From IMG/VR virus record IMGVR_UViG_3300026519_000012, positions 751 through 64,750 of that record: a stretch of 64,000 nt of DNA, one strand, 5' to 3'. The notes under the pieces are model-generated. The model was not told the origin of the DNA and ran no database searches. It saw nothing but the letters and a program-made list of their open reading frames with translations. Positions 60,203 to 64,000 of this stretch are shown here, one piece after another; the stretch's first letter is position 1, and each line of letters opens with the position of its first letter. This DNA is from a virus. Taxonomy: Duplodnaviria > Caudoviricetes. The position numbers were made by a program, and so were the translations under genes.

Positions 60203-60526
60203 TTATTGAATGTAGTTTAATAACTCAGATTCAATTTTAGTTAAATCGCCTTTATTCTCCAGCGTCATTAGTAGCCAACTTGCATCAACCAAGCGGCCAT
60301 CTTTTTCTCTAATCCGCGCCCTGCTGATCTCGCAATATTTTGGTTCCTCTGGCGCAACAACCAACCCAGCTTCATAGTGCGCCGGGATTTCATCAAACAC
60401 CTCATATTGCAGCTCAACATCTAGCACCACAGGCACACCTAGCACATCCATCTCTAATTCAAACTCATGTTCGCCAATCATGTCAGGATGCCTGTTCTTG
60501 TAGCATTGCAGGGGTTCTAAGTTCAT
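60203..60526 (-). CDS. Hypothetical protein
   Basis: Early leftward operon. Confidence 0.5.
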   Translation of the reverse strand: MNLEPLQCYKNRHPDMIGEHEFELEMDVLGVPVVLDVELQYEVFDEIPAHYEAGLVVAPEEPKYCEISRARIREKDGRLVDASWLLMTLENKGDLTKIESELLNYIQ

Positions 60527-60710
60527 CGCGCCGTTGATAGTAATTGTTTAGTCGATGGAAATTACGATAGTCGTTTTCAATTCGCTCAATAGCCCATTTC
60601 TCAGCAATCTTCGCGAGTCTCAGGAGTTCATCGTTAGGCGATTGTATTTCAGCTTCTCTTGGGTGTGTCATTTTGCTTGTCTCCGATAATTTTAATGTTA
60701 ATTGATCCAA
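60483..60710 (-). CDS. Hypothetical protein
   Basis: Early leftward operon; start uncertain. Confidence 0.4.
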   Translation of the reverse strand: MDQLTLKLSETSKMTHPREAEIQSPNDELLRLAKIAEKWAIERIENDYRNFHRLNNYYQRRDELRTPAMLQEQAS

Positions 60711-60846
60711 ACCTAGTTAACGTCGATTCGTCTCGCCCCATATATTTTGCTAATGCCGCGACCTGAGTTTTTTGTAGGCTGACATAACTAACTTTCTCCG
60801 CTAAATTCATTTTGCTAAGCATCTCAAAAAGCTTTTTCCCTTCCAA
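60649..60846 (-). CDS. Small HTH-like protein
   Basis: TQVAALAKYMGRDESTLTR HTH-like; G-rich RBS; TTG start. Confidence 0.4.
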   Translation of the reverse strand: MEGKKLFEMLSKMNLAEKVSYVSLQKTQVAALAKYMGRDESTLTRFGSINIKIIGDKQNDTPKRS

Positions 60847-60883
60847 TTTCTATTCCCCCCCTTATGTTTTGTAGCATGAGCGA

Positions 60884-60997
60884 ATATTAGCTCAGCTCAT
60901 TGCTTAAGTCAATAGCTTAGCTAATATTTATTTAAAGCAAACCCCCTGTAGTTTATTAGCTCAGCTATTGACATCGAGTACCTGTCGAGTTAATAAT
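60884..60997. promoter_or_regulatory. Divergent PL/PR promoters with three operators
   Basis: PL (-) TTGACT-17-TAATAT at 60912-60884; PR (+) TTGACA at 60968 with a TAATAAT -10 region; operator-like TATTAGCTNAGCT at 60885, 60911 (inverted) and 60954. Confidence 0.75.
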
Positions 60998-61003
60998 GAT
61001 CGT

Positions 61004-61228
61004 ATGAATCTTAATAATTATTTAGCATCCGGCTATACTCAGTCATCAATCTGCGCGAAGATTAAGGATGATGACGGCGTTGGAGTCACGCAGGGTGCGG
61101 TTAGTTTGTGGACTAAGACTGGCGCGCCACCAAAAAGATGGCGGCAACTGGAGCGCGTCTCAAATAAGGGCATGACTGTTAGCGAACTCGCTGACGAATA
61201 CGAGGTTTTGCAAAAACCAGCCGCGTGA
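61004..61228 (+). CDS. Cro/YdaS-like HTH regulator
   Basis: GVTQGAVSLW...PPKRWRQLERVS motif. Confidence 0.8.
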   Translation: MNLNNYLASGYTQSSICAKIKDDDGVGVTQGAVSLWTKTGAPPKRWRQLERVSNKGMTVSELADEYEVLQKPAA

Positions 61229-61236
61229 TTTCCCCG

Positions 61237-61292
61237 AACACCCGCTAGAGCATCCCCTCCTTATTCGCTCTTGCGGGTGTTTTTTTATTTTT
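61237..61292 (+). terminator. Intrinsic terminator after cro
   Basis: AACACCCGC..GAGC / GCTC..GCGGGTGTT followed by a T-run. Confidence 0.75.
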
Positions 61293-61412
61293 ATTGTAGT
61301 AGTCGTGCAAAAGGTGTTTTCCGTAACAGATCGGCCTGTTTTATATTGACATCACCCATCTGTATCTGTATCTTAATCCGTTATTGTTAAATTTCAACAA
61401 TGGGATATTGCG

Positions 61413-61619
61413 ATGAAGAGTAGCAGAGGGATAGCGATAAAATCGGGTGATAATTATTACAATACGGGAAAGCCGTGTCTTAATGGACACATTTCTAAGC
61501 GTCGAACAGTTGACGGTTCTTGCTGTCAGTGCCGAGCGGATAGTCAGCGATTACAGCGGGGATTAATCAGGGCCAGCATTAAGGCTAAGAAACTAGCTCA
61601 AGTCGATGCAAAATCATGA
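61413..61619 (+). CDS. Small Zn-finger protein
   Basis: YNTGKPCLNGHISKR...CCQC, a domain often found N-terminal to phage HNH nucleases. Confidence 0.6.
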   Translation: MKSSRGIAIKSGDNYYNTGKPCLNGHISKRRTVDGSCCQCRADSQRLQRGLIRASIKAKKLAQVDAKS

Positions 61620-62362
61620 AAATAAAAAACTGGAAAAAGTTTCAGCATTTTAAAGATCGTCGCCCCCCGTGGATAAAACTTCACCGCGAAATACTGGAAC
61701 AACGTGATATCAGTTTGATATCAGACTGTTCCTTCCGTGTTTTGATTGGTATTTGGCTGCTGGCTTCAGAAGATGAGGGGCTTGTTGGCGAATTACCATG
61801 TATTGATGATATATCATTTAGGCTTAGAATAGAAAAAACAAAGCTAATCAGCTCGTTAGAAGAACTTGAGCCTTTTTTAATACACGATGATATCGACTTG
61901 ATATCACTCCGACATCAAAGTGATAGCCTAGAGACAGAGACAGAGACAAAGACAGAGGCAAAGGCAGAGGCAAAGCGCGCGAGAGATATCACCCCCCCAA
62001 AAAAAATAACTGAAAGGCTAAATTACGACTTATGGCCATCGTTACCAGATGACGATTGCTTGGATGCTTGGTTAGTGGCGAAGAAAAAAGCAAACGGGTC
62101 TGTTAGCCAGAGGGCAATAAATACCGTGGGCAAAGAATTGCACAAAGTGGTTGATGCTGGAGTTTCAGTAGAAGACGCCCTCGATATCGCCGAAAACTCA
62201 AAATGGAGAGGTTTTAAATCCGAATGGGTATTAAACGCAAAAGGAAACCAAAATGAAAACAGCTTACGAAATAGCCAGTCAGGCGCGGCAAACCTTGCGG
62301 CAGGGTGCCGAGATGCCTTTGAGCCAACAATCACGGGCGAATCAGAGTGGGCCGATCTCTAG
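61616..62362 (+). CDS. Replication initiator (lambda O-analogue)
   Basis: IKNWKKFQHFKDRRPPWIKLHR N-terminus, ETETET linker and W.GFK.EW C-terminal domain. Confidence 0.8.
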   Translation: MKIKNWKKFQHFKDRRPPWIKLHREILEQRDISLISDCSFRVLIGIWLLASEDEGLVGELPCIDDISFRLRIEKTKLISSLEELEPFLIHDDIDLISLRHQSDSLETETETKTEAKAEAKRARDITPPKKITERLNYDLWPSLPDDDCLDAWLVAKKKANGSVSQRAINTVGKELHKVVDAGVSVEDALDIAENSKWRGFKSEWVLNAKGNQNENSLRNSQSGAANLAAGCRDAFEPTITGESEWADL

Positions 62363-62762
62363 AGAGCTCCAGCAGGTCGTATCGCGTATGTTTGTTCGTA
62401 TGCAGTCGAGCTATGGGCATCGGTTTTCCTCGCTCTACAGCGGTCCTGACGGCGAGCGTATGCTGGGTGCGGCAAAATCTGAGTGGTGCAGGGGCATCAA
62501 AGGCTATCCAGTTGCGATAATCAAAATAGCGTTTGAAGTTGCCATAGCTCATTACGATAAGTTTCCGCCCACGCTGCCAGAGTTCCGGGCGATATGCAGT
62601 GAGACTAAGAGTCGGCGCGATCAATTGAGCGACACCCGGCTCAGGCTGGAGAATCAGGTGCAGGCAGTGACTCAGGAGAGGAAGAGATATCACATCGCGA
62701 ACATGAGGTGCGCAATCGCTGGAGCTAGCAAGCAACAGCCAGTAGCCCGGGGGCGCAAATGA
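62253..62762 (+). CDS. Replication protein P-like helicase loader
   Basis: YGHRF...EW...FPPTLPEF motif; follows the initiator. Confidence 0.7.
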   Translation: MKTAYEIASQARQTLRQGAEMPLSQQSRANQSGPISRELQQVVSRMFVRMQSSYGHRFSSLYSGPDGERMLGAAKSEWCRGIKGYPVAIIKIAFEVAIAHYDKFPPTLPEFRAICSETKSRRDQLSDTRLRLENQVQAVTQERKRYHIANMRCAIAGASKQQPVARGRK

Positions 62763-62862
62763 GATCAAAAAGAACCACAACGTTTGGAGTTTATGATCGG
62801 CGGGTTGATCGAGGTGATTTAATCGATGATCTGCACGTAGCGATGGCAGAGCAGCGTGTCGC

Positions 62863-63351
62863 ATGATGCGCAATAAGATCACAGTCACAATTCCCGGCGC
62901 TCCCGTCGCCAAAGGTCGGCCGAGGTTTACTAGGCGAGGAGTTGTCTTTACGCCAAAAAAAACACGAAACTGGGAATCGGCGGCAAGGCAACATGCTGAA
63001 ATTGCAATGTTTGGATTAGAGCCGCTCACGGGGGCGCTGAGCTTGAGGGTGGAGGTCGCCATGCCCACGCCTGCTTCGTGGCCGCTGTGGAAGCGAGATG
63101 CAGCCTCGCAGGGTATAATCGTACCAACAAGCAAGCCAGACCTCGATAATTTTATAAAATCAGTAAAAGACGCCTTAAATGGCATTGTTTGGATCGATGA
63201 CTCTCAGGTCGTTTTGTCGACCGAGGAAAAGCGATATGGCGCGGATGCGGGTGTTGTTGTAACTGCGACAAGATTAACCGATAAGCTGCCCTCGCAAATT
63301 GCCAGCAAATCAGAGTTTGATTTATTAACCATGAGCGCAGCGACGCAATGA
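62863..63351 (+). CDS. rusA: RusA Holliday junction resolvase
   Basis: PVAKGRPRF, KPDLDNFIKSVKDALNGIVWIDDSQV. Confidence 0.93.
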   Translation: MMRNKITVTIPGAPVAKGRPRFTRRGVVFTPKKTRNWESAARQHAEIAMFGLEPLTGALSLRVEVAMPTPASWPLWKRDAASQGIIVPTSKPDLDNFIKSVKDALNGIVWIDDSQVVLSTEEKRYGADAGVVVTATRLTDKLPSQIASKSEFDLLTMSAATQ

Positions 63352-63863
63352 TCAAATACGTTGATGCATTGTTAGACGAGTGGGCCGCGTGGTCAGTCGC
63401 GCATAACGACAGCCTCGGGTTCTCATCTCGCTCTCCAATCTATGCCATGATGACAACAAATCGCGCGGAAGTTACCGGGCGGCGGCATCGCAGCAAGCTC
63501 GATTTAATTAAAATTGGCGATCGTTATTTTCCGCGCGACATTGACCCGATGCGATCTGTCGAGACCAAAAGCAGGCGTACTGAATCAATACCTGACTGTC
63601 CTCGCGGGGAAGCGATGGAAGCTGCGATCGCACATCTGCCAAACGATTATTATCGCGATGCAATCACGCTCAAATACCGCGCTAGATTTGATAACAAAAC
63701 GTCGGCTAATCTACTAAGACGCAACGGCAAATCTGTTAGCATAGCTATGTTTAAGAGCATCATCAACGAGGCGCACATGTCGATTGATAGCTATCTGCGC
63801 GTTAAACATCCTGATTTGCGTCTATTAAACAAACCAGACGCATCACGCGCGCGCGCTTTATAA
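63348..63863 (+). CDS. Antiterminator Q-like protein
   Basis: LLDEWAAW N-terminus and C-terminal sigma4-like helix; position after rusA. Confidence 0.65.
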   Translation: MIKYVDALLDEWAAWSVAHNDSLGFSSRSPIYAMMTTNRAEVTGRRHRSKLDLIKIGDRYFPRDIDPMRSVETKSRRTESIPDCPRGEAMEAAIAHLPNDYYRDAITLKYRARFDNKTSANLLRRNGKSVSIAMFKSIINEAHMSIDSYLRVKHPDLRLLNKPDASRARAL

Positions 63864-63866
63864 GGC

Positions 63867-63949
63867 TTGACAAAGTTAATGCGCTTGTTATGTTTTATTT
63901 TGATTTATCTGTGGCTATCTATTGACTGTTACATGTAACAATGTATAAT
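63867..63949 (+). promoter_or_regulatory. Candidate late promoters
   Basis: TTGACA..TGtTATGTT (63867-63894) and TTGACT-16-TATAAT (63922-63949). Confidence 0.55.
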
Positions 63950-64000
63950 AGCCCTATCAACTAAACAAACAGGCAAAGAAAATGACAATTTCAGAAGCAG

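Noticed and set aside
62331-63185. 284-aa minus-strand ORF and the many other short antisense ORFs in the track
   Set aside because: They are shadows of well-supported genes on the opposite strand (P-like, rusA, portal, polA and others).
1-64000. tRNA, rRNA, integrase/intI or transposase genes
   Set aside because: None was recognised by eye; tRNAscan-SE and HMM searches would be needed to exclude them formally.

Overview
The window is entirely phage DNA. It reads as two unrelated podovirus-type genomes joined through a ~7.26-kb near-identical direct repeat (12788-20047 and 45501-52760, offset 32,713 bp). Phage A is P22/lambdoid-like. Its late genes (TerS, TerL, P22-type portal, scaffold, coat, gp4, gp10, tail fibre) lie at 1-12787, and its early region (ssb, YqaJ exonuclease, RecT, Cro, O/P-like replication, RusA, Q) lies at 52761-64000. 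Phage B (20048-45500, visibly more AT-rich) has a leftward replication operon (PolA, Sak4-like ATPase, PD-(D/E)XK nuclease, ligase, RecD-like helicase) and its own head and tail operon. The shared block carries the tail-fibre tip, a holin-like gene, a sulfotransferase-like gene, a 2OG-Fe hydroxylase, three ejection proteins and a lipase. The most striking feature is an integron-type gene-cassette array in phage A (52843-56946). It has eight attC sites with cassette-matched R''/R' ends, all ORFs antisense to the attC polarity, and no integron integrase in the window. It is preceded by a 58-bp attI-like site that is conserved in phage B, where a decayed array still holds part of one of the same cassettes. 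All calls come from motif reading by eye; no database searches were run.
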